Part shown: positions 1-11,500 of the stretch, in pieces | Layout of the letters: every line of letters begins with the position of its first letter | Numbering within the stretch: the first letter of the stretch is position 1 | From: a virus | Taxonomy: Duplodnaviria; Caudoviricetes | IMG/VR virus record: IMGVR_UViG_3300021957_000050 | Location: 1 to 54,918 of that record | Direction: 5' to 3' (one strand) | DNA length: 54,918 nucleotides | Made by a program: the position numbers and the translations under genes | The notes under the pieces: model-generated | Database searches by the model: none | Told to the model about the DNA's origin: nothing | What the model saw: the letters and a program-made list of their open reading frames with translations, nothing else

Positions 1-3000
1 TTAACCGAAGCAGCTAACAACGCTTTTGATGCTGATATGACTTTTGGATTACCTTATAACAATGGAAGTGGTGGTAGTACAACAAGAACAGCGTTAACTC
101 TAGACGGTGGTACTTTAGCAGCAACTTTTGCAGGTAATGTTAAAATACAAAAAAATACACCAATACTTGAACTAGGCACGTCAAACGTTTCTACTGGTAA
201 TTCTAAAATTACTTTCTTTAGTAAAAATAACAACGCTGCAAATGCTTACTCTTTACAGTTTAACAAAGATACTGGTATTGATAGATTAGAATTTATTGAT
301 GGTTCTGGTAATGCTAACATAAAATTTAACAATGGTGGTTCCGCAACTTTTGCAGGAGAAGTTAACACTGGTGGTAACATTGTAATGACAAAGTCTTCAG
401 GTAATAACCAGCTATATATAAACAGTTCAGGAGGTGGAGCGCCTGTTATGTACCTACAAGATCCAAACCGTAAATGGGGTCAATTTGTTTCGAACGGTCA
501 TTTATATTTTAAAGATGAAACTGCAAACGTAACTTCACTTAAAATAGATGGTGTTACTTCAAATGCAACTTTTGCAGGTTCAGTAACAGTTAATAGCTCA
601 CTACGAGCTGAGGATAATATATACTTGACTGACGCAGGTACAATTAGAGGTAAATTTGAATTAAATGCTTCCGATAGAGATGACTTAGACATCAAAGCAG
701 TATCCCTCAGCAGTAATATGAAGTTCTTTACTCAGGATGTTGAAAGAATGCGTATAAACTCTTCAGGTAACGTCGGCATAGGAACTCACAATCCAGTTTC
801 TGGCTTACATATTTCTACAAATACAACAGGAGACGTTAATAGGAATTCCACTACAGCCGGTATTACACTTACAAGATACAATCAAGGAACAGATTATAGA
901 GGTAGTAGCATTTTTCACGCATATCAGGGCATATCTGGAAGCGATAAAGAACTGCTAGCATTTGCTGTTGGACCAGGAAATAGCAATTCTCCATTTGATT
1001 TTGCTAAAACTAAAATGGTTATTACTGAAGCAGGTAACGTAGGTATCGGAACTACTAGTCCTAGCCAAAAGTTAGAAGTTGCAGGGAGTGTTGCTGTAAC
1101 TGGAACCAATGTAACAGTTGCAAATGCATCAAACCCTTATATATATATAAACGATACAAATGCTGGTGCTGGTATATTCCAGCAAGAAGGTAATACTACA
1201 AGAATAGGTTCTGACTCAAATACTCAAGTTGTACTTGTTCAAAACAATGCAACTGCAGTTACCATAGATACAAGTAAAAACGTAGGTATCGGAACTACTA
1301 GTCCAGGAGCTAAACTACATATTCAAGGAACAAATTCTACTAACGGAGGTATTCGCTTACACAATGCTGGCGGAAACCCATATAGCATTTGGTCTGACAA
1401 TAATAATTTTTATATCAGCCAAGGAAACGGTTCTACTACGGCTTTGGCTGTTACATATGGAGGCAACGTAGGTATAGGTACAGATAGTCCTGGTGCTAAG
1501 TTAGAGGTTGCAGGTACTGGTGAATTATCTTTTAAAATAAATAACACACAATACAGTAGATCACTAATTATAGAACAAGGTGGTGGTTATTCACATTTAA
1601 AAGCATCACATGTTTCAGGGATCGCTATTAATTACGGCCAAGGGAATCCTGGTATTCTTTCATTGTTTAACAACACAACACAAGCCGTAAAAATAAACAC
1701 GAATGGTGATTCATATTTTAACGGCGGTAACGTCGGGATCGGGACGACGAGTCCAACAGAGAAATTACACGTTGAAGGTAACATAGAACTTATAAACGGT
1801 GGCTGGATTGGGAGCCTTGATGGTAGTTACTGGCAAAGAATAAGATTTGAAGATGCAACTCCCGCTACGACTAATGCCTTCAATTTTGAAACTAGAAACG
1901 GCTCAGGAGCATTTGTAAACCACATGACCATTTTAAATAACGGAAACGTCGGGATCGGGACGACTAGTCCTGGAGTTAATTTAGTTGTAGCTGACGGCCC
2001 TAAAGCTACAAGCGGTACGTTAAGCAATAACTCGACTTTAGATATATATGGCATAGCAGCGACCTCAAGAACTGATGACGCAAGTGTGGATATGTTAAGA
2101 CTTCACAGAGCTGTTACTGGTGATAATAAAGGCTCTACTTTTGCCGTAGGATTATCTTACTATGCAGATCCAGGAAGTAATCTTCCCAGAACTAGAGTAG
2201 ATTTTAAAACAACAGAAAAAGCAGTTGATGATTCTGACGCTTCAAAAACTGTGATGTCTTTGGTTGATAGTGGTAACGTAGGTATCGGGACAGCTAGTCC
2301 GACTTACAAGTTAGATGTAGCTGGTAACATGAACATCTCTGGCACAGGCGGTTACTTAAGATGGAACAGTGGAGATATTGCAATTAAGAATGAAGGAAGC
2401 TACAAAATAGGGTTCCAGACTTATAACTCTACTTCAGGAACATTATCTACTAAAATGGTGTTGGATACTAACGGTAACGTAGGTATTGGTACGACTGCGC
2501 CTACTTATAGGCTTGTAGTTAATAAAACAAGTGTAGCGACACCTGCTTTAATGATAGGAGGAGCATATTACGGAGGACCAAGAATACAGACTTACGGTTT
2601 AGATGCAGACGCTAACGCTTGGATGGGATTAGGAACAGATATGGGCGTAGGAAGTTACGAACATTCAGTTTACTACCCTAATCATGCTAACGGTAAATTA
2701 ACATTCGGTACATATAACGGTACTACATACTCTACCAAAACTACCCTTCTTCAGAATGGTAAGTTTGGGATTGGTACTACTGTTCCAAGTCAATTACTAG
2801 ATGTTAATGGGACTATATTAGCTACTAGGTTCGTTCAGAATACTACTTTAGCTAATTCTAATACATGGGCGGAAGTAATTCTAGATAGTGCAGGAAGTAG
2901 CGACGATACAAATCTAGTTTTTGCAAAAGCAGGATCAATGGTTTGGGATATATACAATCATGCATCAACAGATAACTTACAGATTAATACTAAAAAGTCC

Positions 3001-4998
3001 GGAGGAGCAGGAGTAGTAGCAGAGTTTCAACAAGATGGTAAAGTAGCATTTAATGGATATTCCGGTGGTGGATGGTTGAAATCAAATGGATCTTTTAGAA
3101 TAGACATGGATGCAAATAATGACTCTACTGACAGAGCATTTATTGTATCAAAAAATAACGCCGGTGGAGATTTATTTAAGGTCTTAGAAACTGGTGAAGT
3201 AGGTATAGGTAGAACTCCTGAAACACGAAATGCTTTAGACATAGAGTATAATAGTACATCAGGTGCTTTCCAAACAAATAGAAACTACTCAGGGTTCTTC
3301 CTTAACAGGACTTATGCAGATTATAATAACGATGGTACCATTGTAGAATACCAAGAGAGAGTAGGTGTAGATGGTAATAAAGGAAGTATCGGTATGTATT
3401 CAAGCCATGCTTTCGCAATAAGAACAAATAATGTAGATAGAATCTATATTAGAAATGGAGGAAACGTAGGAATAGGTACATCTCTTGCTGCAGAAAAATT
3501 AGAAGTAATTGGAGGTATACAATTAACAGATGACTTAAAAGCAACAGGTAACAACTTAAAATTATTTGCCGGAGGTAATCAAATACTTAACCTAGACCTC
3601 AACGGTAAAGTATACCCTGCTGCACATAATTCAATGGATCTAGGATTTAGTGCAACTAATGCTTGGAGAAATATATACACAGGAAACCTTTATGCAAATT
3701 CTTACGTAGGGATAGGAACTACAAGTCCTTCTCAAGCACTCCATGTTAAAGGAGCCAATACAGTAGCTAAATTAGAAAGTTCTACTGGATACGTAGATAT
3801 GATAATGGTTAATTCTGGCAATACAGGGTTCTTAAATTTAGATACGAGTAAGATGAACTTCTATGTAGGCGGAGGTTCAGCTAGTAATCTTAAAATGAGT
3901 ATCACTAACGGCGGTAACGTAGGTATCGGAACGAGTAGCCCTATTTTAAAATTACACATTAAAGGAACAAACTCATTACCTGCCACATCAGGAACTACTC
4001 AAAATGGCGGTATAAGAATAGAGAACGGGGTTAATAACGGCGTTTTAGATATCGGAGCTTCAAACGCTACTGGCGCTCCAGGCTGGCTACAAGCTACTGA
4101 TAAAGCAGATTTATCGCAAGCGTATCAATTACTTTTAAATCCTAATGGAGGTAACGTAGGAATCGGGACTACTGCTCCTAATGCAAAATTAGAGGTCGCA
4201 GGTGATATTACTAGTACTGGTTTGACAGTTGACTACACGGGTAACCGTACTGGTGATGCTGGTATTTTAGTAACTAACGACAATGATGATTGGGGTATAA
4301 AAGTAGATAAAGACGGTACAACTGACTACGGTATCTTATCGCAAACAGATGGTGAAAATGCAATAGTTGTAAGGAACGCAGCTGGTGTTAATAAGATACA
4401 GCTACAGGGAGATGGTGACGCAAGTTTTGCAGGTGATTTAACAGTATCAGGTACATTAATAGCACAAGAGTTTAGAACTGAACTTACTACTTCAACAGTA
4501 TTATACGACTCAGGATCAACAAAGTTTGGAGATACATCAGACGATAATCATGACTTTACTGGTTCATTAAATGTACAAGGAAATGTAGAACATACAGGGT
4601 TAACAATGACATCAGGTACTGATATAGATCAACTATATACTACCACAAAGTCATTGACTCTAACAACAGATTGGCAAGATACAGGAATCAATGGAACAGA
4701 TCTAGCAACCGGTACCTATGTAGTAGCACTCTATGCACATGACAATGCAGTAGGTGGAGGACATTGGTCCGAAACTTACTCAGGTACTATGACCTGGTTT
4801 AGTACAAATACAAATAGCAACGATTCTGATGAAATTATATTACATAAAGCCGGGCATGCTTCAAGTAATAAGAATATTTATTTAAGAACAAAACGTACTG
4901 CAAATGCAGATACAGATGATTTAAAGTTACAAATAGCTCATACAGCAACATGTACAGGTAACTCTAATTATGTGTTTAAATTTAGAAGACTAATTTAA
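1..4998 (+). CDS. Tail fibre/adhesin protein with GNVGIGT repeats (probably 5'-truncated by the window)
   Basis: Frame is open from base 1 (TTA ACC GAA ... ATG at 37), so the true start is probably upstream. About 14 G(N/K)VGIGT-x-x-P repeats plus ATFAG repeats; Gly/Thr/Asn/Ser-rich. Confidence 0.8.
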   Translation, partial: LTEAANNAFDADMTFGLPYNNGSGGSTTRTALTLDGGTLAATFAGNVKIQKNTPILELGTSNVSTGNSKITFFSKNNNAANAYSLQFNKDTGIDRLEFIDGSGNANIKFNNGGSATFAGEVNTGGNIVMTKSSGNNQLYINSSGGGAPVMYLQDPNRKWGQFVSNGHLYFKDETANVTSLKIDGVTSNATFAGSVTVNSSLRAEDNIYLTDAGTIRGKFELNASDRDDLDIKAVSLSSNMKFFTQDVERMRINSSGNVGIGTHNPVSGLHISTNTTGDVNRNSTTAGITLTRYNQGTDYRGSSIFHAYQGISGSDKELLAFAVGPGNSNSPFDFAKTKMVITEAGNVGIGTTSPSQKLEVAGSVAVTGTNVTVANASNPYIYINDTNAGAGIFQQEGNTTRIGSDSNTQVVLVQNNATAVTIDTSKNVGIGTTSPGAKLHIQGTNSTNGGIRLHNAGGNPYSIWSDNNNFYISQGNGSTTALAVTYGGNVGIGTDSPGAKLEVAGTGELSFKINNTQYSRSLIIEQGGGYSHLKASHVSGIAINYGQGNPGILSLFNNTTQAVKINTNGDSYFNGGNVGIGTTSPTEKLHVEGNIELINGGWIGSLDGSYWQRIRFEDATPATTNAFNFETRNGSGAFVNHMTILNNGNVGIGTTSPGVNLVVADGPKATSGTLSNNSTLDIYGIAATSRTDDASVDMLRLHRAVTGDNKGSTFAVGLSYYADPGSNLPRTRVDFKTTEKAVDDSDASKTVMSLVDSGNVGIGTASPTYKLDVAGNMNISGTGGYLRWNSGDIAIKNEGSYKIGFQTYNSTSGTLSTKMVLDTNGNVGIGTTAPTYRLVVNKTSVATPALMIGGAYYGGPRIQTYGLDADANAWMGLGTDMGVGSYEHSVYYPNHANGKLTFGTYNGTTYSTKTTLLQNGKFGIGTTVPSQLLDVNGTILATRFVQNTTLANSNTWAEVILDSAGSSDDTNLVFAKAGSMVWDIYNHASTDNLQINTKKSGGAGVVAEFQQDGKVAFNGYSGGGWLKSNGSFRIDMDANNDSTDRAFIVSKNNAGGDLFKVLETGEVGIGRTPETRNALDIEYNSTSGAFQTNRNYSGFFLNRTYADYNNDGTIVEYQERVGVDGNKGSIGMYSSHAFAIRTNNVDRIYIRNGGNVGIGTSLAAEKLEVIGGIQLTDDLKATGNNLKLFAGGNQILNLDLNGKVYPAAHNSMDLGFSATNAWRNIYTGNLYANSYVGIGTTSPSQALHVKGANTVAKLESSTGYVDMIMVNSGNTGFLNLDTSKMNFYVGGGSASNLKMSITNGGNVGIGTSSPILKLHIKGTNSLPATSGTTQNGGIRIENGVNNGVLDIGASNATGAPGWLQATDKADLSQAYQLLLNPNGGNVGIGTTAPNAKLEVAGDITSTGLTVDYTGNRTGDAGILVTNDNDDWGIKVDKDGTTDYGILSQTDGENAIVVRNAAGVNKIQLQGDGDASFAGDLTVSGTLIAQEFRTELTTSTVLYDSGSTKFGDTSDDNHDFTGSLNVQGNVEHTGLTMTSGTDIDQLYTTTKSLTLTTDWQDTGINGTDLATGTYVVALYAHDNAVGGGHWSETYSGTMTWFSTNTNSNDSDEIILHKAGHASSNKNIYLRTKRTANADTDDLKLQIAHTATCTGNSNYVFKFRRLI

Positions 4999-5000
4999 TT

Positions 5001-8000
5001 ATGGCAATAAGGTTAAAAGACAAACTAAAATTAAGTAATGGTTTAAATACAACCAGTTCAATAGATGCAGGGACTATGGATCTATCTGGAATATTGACAC
5101 TATCTAAAAGTAATGGTTCTCTTATAAGCACCAGTAATACAACAGATGCCTTTGGTTATAATGCAACAGCAGGAAAAGGACATTATATAAGAGGTACCGC
5201 AAGCACTTATATTTATGGAGGTGGAACATTTTGGGATGGAAGCACAACACACACTCTTCTTCACGATGGGTCAACTATATCCACTGATCAAATATCTAAC
5301 TTAAGCGGTACAAATACAGGAGATCAAACACTACCAACTGATTTTGTATCTGCTGCAAATGGAGGGTCCTTTGCCAACTCAGTAAACATTGCTGACATAA
5401 TAGACGGTGAGTTTACAGCTCTTAGATTAATGAATCAAAAAACATACGGTTCAGGTACTGGTGTAAACGAAAAAGTAAGGTTTGTAATGGGTATATCTGA
5501 GAGTGGGTATGCTTATGATTCTAGAGAAGGTTTTGCAATAGATTTTGGAATTGGATCTGAATCTGACTCGAGTGACGGTGTTGTTGATTTTAAAATAAGA
5601 GATGGAGGTACATTAGGAACTTATCAAACAGTACAGGGATCTAATAAATCTGTTTCCTTCGTAAGTTTACTAACTGCTGGTAATGGTACACAAGGATCAA
5701 ACAGCGATGCAATGCTTACTTTAAGAGCAACTGGGTTTAGCGGATTAGACTTTAAATCAGCAAGAACTGCTGGAAATATAGGCGGTATAAGATTTTATGA
5801 CACAGCAAGTGATTCTATTCCAGAAGCACAGCTATTAGTTGAAGTCGATGGATCATATAACTTCTACAACGGTACTAATGGAGCACAGCTAAGATTTAAA
5901 GTAGCCTCTGATGGTAACGCAAATTTTAATGGAAATCTAAGCACAGATGCAAATCTTGATACCAGCGGTACCTTTACTTGGGCTAAAAATCAAGCTAACT
6001 CCTATACATACTCAGCAGCAGATGCTACTGGAATGTATATTGAAAGAGTTAGTACAGCAGGAGCAGGAAGCACACTAGCAGATATAAGACTTCAAGCAAG
6101 AAATAACAACTCAGGTACTTATTCAGTATTAAGAGTTAAAGGTTCAGATAACAAAATACACTTAACAGCAGCAAACACTTTGATCTCCGGCAACTTAGCA
6201 GTAGAAGGAAATAATCTATTTTTAGGTAAAAACGGTGCAGATCCACGAATAGATATGTTATATGTTGATCATGCATCAGGACCTGCATGGGACACTAGAA
6301 TTTTTATAGGTAAATCAGATAATCTTCCTGGAGCGTCAGGAACATTCCCTACTTATACACCTGCTGGAGCATATGGAATACAGTTTCAAGCAAACTCAGA
6401 TGGTGTATTTTTTGGTATGGAAGAGTACTCTACTGGTAACTATAGACCTATTATTCAATGGGGTGATGACAATACGGATACTCCTTTCAGAATTAAACAT
6501 GAAAACGGGAGCGAGTTAGAAGTAAGCATGGACGGACAAGTAACAGCAACAACTAAGTTTATTGCTCCTACATTAACATCCACAGTAGCAACCGGAACAG
6601 CACCTCTTACTGTAACATCTACTACCAAAGTTACAAATCTTAATGCACATTATTTTGATGGAGCTTCTAGTTCATACTTTTTAAATACTTCCTCTACCGG
6701 TCAAACAAAAACAGGAGCGTTAGACGTTGGAGCATTAAAAATAGACGGTAAAAAAGTACTGGATCTGTCAAGCAATGCCGGATCAGACAGGGGTCCTTGG
6801 AATCCTATAGTAACCTCTATTAGAGGAAGCGGTAAAACGCTTAATGTTGATGAAGAATTTTTATCCGGTAATAATGGTGTAAATGTATACAATAACCAAG
6901 GAGGAAACGGAGTAGTAATAACTAGAGAAACAGATGATACTACATTAGGAGCAACAGCTCCCAATAACTCTGGATATGTTTTAAAAATTGTACATAACGG
7001 CAATTCCACATCACCAGGACACGGAGGATTTGTACAAAATATTCCTTCTGAGGCCAATCATACTTTTGTGCAGATATTTCAAGCTAAATTAGATACAGGA
7101 AGGTCTTTAGCGTTAGCTGAAAATGCCCAAGGAAGTAATAACACTTCTTACTGGTTAACCGACACAGCAGGTACTGGAAAGTGGGAATGGTATGCTAGAG
7201 TATCACATTGTGGAAATACCGGCACATTTCATGGCGGAGGTCATGTATATGTAACAGGAGGAACATCTTCATTTACTTGGTATTTAGCTAGCTGTACCTT
7301 AATAGATGTAACAGATTCCAGTGGAGACTACTTACGTTTAACAGGTGGTGTTATGACAGGTAACGCACATTTTACGGATCCAACAACTGCCGGCACAAGC
7401 GCTAAGATTCAATTTGGTACTAATACAGGCTGGAATAACAACATCGGCATAGAATCATATTGGATGGTACTAGGGTCTAATCAAAACGAAGGATTTAAAT
7501 TTAAAGATAGCACTGGAAACATGCTCCTTCAATTAAACGGTGGGAATAGTACGGGCGGCAACGGAACTCTATCTTCTACTTTTGGAGGTTCGTTAACAGC
7601 TACAGGCGATGTTACAACAGAAGGTAATCTATTTATAGGAAGTACAGGGTCTGAAAACTTTATAGCATTTAAAGGAACTACTGGTGATTCTACAGCAGGA
7701 TATACTACAACTTATATCGGTGAATATCTTTACGGAGGCACCGAAAAATCTGAGTTAATACTCTACAAAGGAAACGATGGTCATTCATCTAGTTCTGGTT
7801 ATGATAGAATAAGAATGATAGGCGCTCATTTGTGTTTTGATGTATACAACACGGCTCAGAGTTATCCTACAACTTTAGCAGGTGTAGCTGGTTTGACTAC
7901 CACTAGAGCTATGACTATAATAGAAGATGGAAAGACTGGAATTGGTACAACTGATCCTACAACGACTTTAACTGTCAAAGGTACAAGTAGTAATGGTATA

Positions 8001-8567
8001 GCTGTTCAAGGTGTAGGTACGACTGCTAGCAGAGTATACGCTGGACTAGACTCATCAAATCACGGTTATTTATATTTAGCCGGTAGTTCTGGACAAAACG
8101 CAGCGCGTATTAGTGCCACAGGCGGTGATTCATACATAAGTGGAGGCAACTTCGGAATCGGGACGACAGCACCAAAAGGAGCTTTAGATGTTAAAGGTAA
8201 CTTTTTAGTTGACTCTAAAACAATGACAATAACAAATACATTTCAAGATGCTCTTACTGTTGTTTTGTCAAACCATAGAGGGTGCTACGTAAAAATTACA
8301 GCATTTGGAGATTGGAGTGGTCATAGCTCTGTATCTTATCTTGGAGAGTTCTTTTTAAATAATGGTGCAGATGGTTACAATGAACCGGGTATGATTATTA
8401 GACAAGTAGATGGGACTCATACTGACGCTATTGAAGCACAGATAGTAGATCCAACAGGAAATAGTGGGAATAGAGACTTTACAATACAATTAAAAGCAAC
8501 AGCAACAGCTTCATTCACAGCGTACTTAACTTATACCATCCAAGGGATGTTTGTTTCGGCTTCTTAA
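5001..8567 (+). CDS. Tail fibre-like structural protein
   Basis: 1188 aa, G/T/S-rich; VATGTAPLTVTSTTKVTNLNA fibre motif; two GIGT repeats; coupled to flanking fibre genes. Confidence 0.7.
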   Translation: MAIRLKDKLKLSNGLNTTSSIDAGTMDLSGILTLSKSNGSLISTSNTTDAFGYNATAGKGHYIRGTASTYIYGGGTFWDGSTTHTLLHDGSTISTDQISNLSGTNTGDQTLPTDFVSAANGGSFANSVNIADIIDGEFTALRLMNQKTYGSGTGVNEKVRFVMGISESGYAYDSREGFAIDFGIGSESDSSDGVVDFKIRDGGTLGTYQTVQGSNKSVSFVSLLTAGNGTQGSNSDAMLTLRATGFSGLDFKSARTAGNIGGIRFYDTASDSIPEAQLLVEVDGSYNFYNGTNGAQLRFKVASDGNANFNGNLSTDANLDTSGTFTWAKNQANSYTYSAADATGMYIERVSTAGAGSTLADIRLQARNNNSGTYSVLRVKGSDNKIHLTAANTLISGNLAVEGNNLFLGKNGADPRIDMLYVDHASGPAWDTRIFIGKSDNLPGASGTFPTYTPAGAYGIQFQANSDGVFFGMEEYSTGNYRPIIQWGDDNTDTPFRIKHENGSELEVSMDGQVTATTKFIAPTLTSTVATGTAPLTVTSTTKVTNLNAHYFDGASSSYFLNTSSTGQTKTGALDVGALKIDGKKVLDLSSNAGSDRGPWNPIVTSIRGSGKTLNVDEEFLSGNNGVNVYNNQGGNGVVITRETDDTTLGATAPNNSGYVLKIVHNGNSTSPGHGGFVQNIPSEANHTFVQIFQAKLDTGRSLALAENAQGSNNTSYWLTDTAGTGKWEWYARVSHCGNTGTFHGGGHVYVTGGTSSFTWYLASCTLIDVTDSSGDYLRLTGGVMTGNAHFTDPTTAGTSAKIQFGTNTGWNNNIGIESYWMVLGSNQNEGFKFKDSTGNMLLQLNGGNSTGGNGTLSSTFGGSLTATGDVTTEGNLFIGSTGSENFIAFKGTTGDSTAGYTTTYIGEYLYGGTEKSELILYKGNDGHSSSSGYDRIRMIGAHLCFDVYNTAQSYPTTLAGVAGLTTTRAMTIIEDGKTGIGTTDPTTTLTVKGTSSNGIAVQGVGTTASRVYAGLDSSNHGYLYLAGSSGQNAARISATGGDSYISGGNFGIGTTAPKGALDVKGNFLVDSKTMTITNTFQDALTVVLSNHRGCYVKITAFGDWSGHSSVSYLGEFFLNNGADGYNEPGMIIRQVDGTHTDAIEAQIVDPTGNSGNRDFTIQLKATATASFTAYLTYTIQGMFVSAS

Positions 8568-8577
8568 AATATAAAAA

Positions 8578-11500
8578 ATGGCAAATAAAACAAAACCAAG
8601 TATACAAGATTTAAACGGTAATATAGGTATTGGTGTAACTACACCTAAAACTATGCTTCATATTGGGCCACTAACAGGAGGCGTAAATGGTGTAGCACAG
8701 GAAAGACTTAGAATATCCGGCGATTACGCTGGTACCAGCACAGGAGCTCTTATAAGATTTACAAACCAGCATGATAATGGAACTAATCCAAATGTAGGAG
8801 AATATAATCTAGCTGGTATAAAAGCCTATGATTATAGATCAGATTGGGGTGGAGCTTTAGCACTACAAACTGCACCTAATACATCAGCTGGAGGTACCTT
8901 AGTAGACCGTATAACTATTCTCCCAGAAGGTTTAGTAGGTATTAATACAACAGGACCAACTTCACTATTAACTGTTAACGATGGTAATATTAAGATTATT
9001 AAAGGTCAGCTATCTGGAGGAACAGATTTTGATTTTTTACAATTATCCTTTAACGGAGGATGGAGTGGAAATGTAGGAGGTTTAGCATCTATTAACTTTA
9101 CTGACAGTGTAACATCAACCAATACAGTAGGAAGAATTGGCGTTACATATACCGGAAGTCAAGGTAAGTTTGTAGTCACAGATTTATATTCTGGAGGATA
9201 TGCTGCAAGTGGAGATGCTTTTACTATACAAGCGGATGGTAAAACCTATATTAAAGGTAACACCGGTATCGGAACAACTAGCCCTAGTACAAAATTAGAT
9301 ATTGATGGTGGGATAAATGCAACCGGTAAAAACTTCTTAAACCAATCAAATCTATATAATAACCCAACACAAGGAATAACAGGATTTGGAAATAAATCCA
9401 TGGACAGTAGTATATCGTATTACGATACTGGAAAAACTGTTGCCACAGCTGTTAGAGGAATCGTTTGGACTGGAAAACATTATATAGTTACAGACTACCA
9501 AGCGCAAACCGCTAAGTTCTACGATAGTAATTTTGATACTATGAATAGACCTACAGGAGGAACTATTAACTTACCTAATGATGGCAATACTGATCACCCT
9601 CATGGTGCTGCTTGGGATGGAAGGTATCTTTACTGTATTCAATATGGAGGAAGTGGAGCTAAAATAGTAGCTTATGATTTAGACAACGGTACAACAACCG
9701 CTTCCATAATGTTCACTAAAGCATTAAATAATACTACTGCAACATATGATGTAGAGTATGCTGAAGGGCATTTATACACAGTTACAGACGGTGCAGTTTC
9801 TAAATATAAACTAGACGGTAACAGAATAACCCATATAACCACATCTGGTAACATACTTAGCAGTTTAGAGGCACAGTCAATCACTTACGATGGTTCTTAT
9901 CTATGGATTACACAGAATGCTAATAACATGTACCAAGTTAGATTAGACTGTACTTTAAAAGCTACACTAACAACAGACATACCTCCAGAAAATGTTGCCA
10001 TGGCGTGGAATGGCCAAAACACAGTTAGTGTAAACCATACAAACGGTAAAGTATATGTTATTAATACAGCTCACACTAGATTCGATACCGAACAATTCTC
10101 TATAATGGGTGGTAACGTAGGTATCGGGACAACTGCTCCTATATCTAAGTTTCATGTAATTAACGCAGGTTTTCCGCAAGTTAGAATAAATGATGAGACA
10201 AATGCCGGAGAATCAGGTATTAGGTTCCGATCTAAAAATGCATCATCAATTGATTTTCATGGAGATATTTTTGTAGATGGTACAGGAGCTGAAACAGGAA
10301 GAATGGGATTCCGAGTCCCATGGAACGGTTCTGAAAAATTGACCATTCTGTCAGATGGTAACGTAGGTATCGGGACAACTAGTCCTGCATCACTTCTACA
10401 TATTAAAAAAACTCAAAGTTACGGAACTTTAAGAATAAGCCCTACATCCCAGAATGGAGAATCTGCCATGGCATTTTATCTCGATCCTGCAGGAACAACC
10501 ACAGGAACTTGCTGGGTTGTAGGACATGCAGGCTGGGGGAATACTGGTGATTTTGTTATAGGTAATCAAACAGCAGGAGGACCTGTAATGTTAATGCAAA
10601 ACGACGGTAAAGTAGGTATCGGGACAACTAGTCCTAACACTACATTAGAAATTAAAGGTTATATCCCGAGTGCAAATAGAACAATACCGTTAGATATCCT
10701 CACTATAACAGGTGAAGGAACTGGACTACCCTATACAGGTTCAGGTGGCGCAATAGTATTTAAGAATAGAACGTATACTTACGGATTACTCAAATCAGCT
10801 AGAATACGTAGTCAAATTGATTCTGACTCTGGATCAAATAGAGGAGCAGGATTAGTTTTTGAAGTTACTGATTCAAATCAAACATATAACCCTTCTTTAT
10901 TCTTAAAATATAACGGTAATATTGGTATCGGATCTACTAACCCAGGTAATACATTAGATGTTAACGGAGGCATAACAGCATCATCAGTTATAAATTCTAA
11001 GCATCATAAATACTGGAATAAAGGATCTATTTCCAATTCCTATGTAAAGATACTACAAGTAGGAACAAATAATGGCCAACTAGCATCGTCTTACACCCTA
11101 TCAGGGGTATCACACGGAAGCGGGCACGTAGGTAACTTTGTAGTAAAAATATTAGTCAACCACCATCAAGATGTTTCTATATACTCCACTTGTGGTGGTT
11201 ACACAGCAGGTACTTTCAAAGTAGAAAGTGATAGTAATGGTCAACACCACCTATCTTTTAAATCAAACTCCGGCAACGCAGCAACCTACTATTTCCATCT
11301 TGAAGGACATAGTGATTCATCAACCTTTACAGTCAACCCAACAAGCACGCCAAATACGAGTACTACTCATGAACATGTAATGAATCATGGTACAAATGCA
11401 ACATTTACTGGATTTACACCACTATATAAATTTAATGAAACTCTTCAAGCTAAAGTTTTAAGATCAGATGGTGATGTGATAGCTTACTATTCTTCTGATA

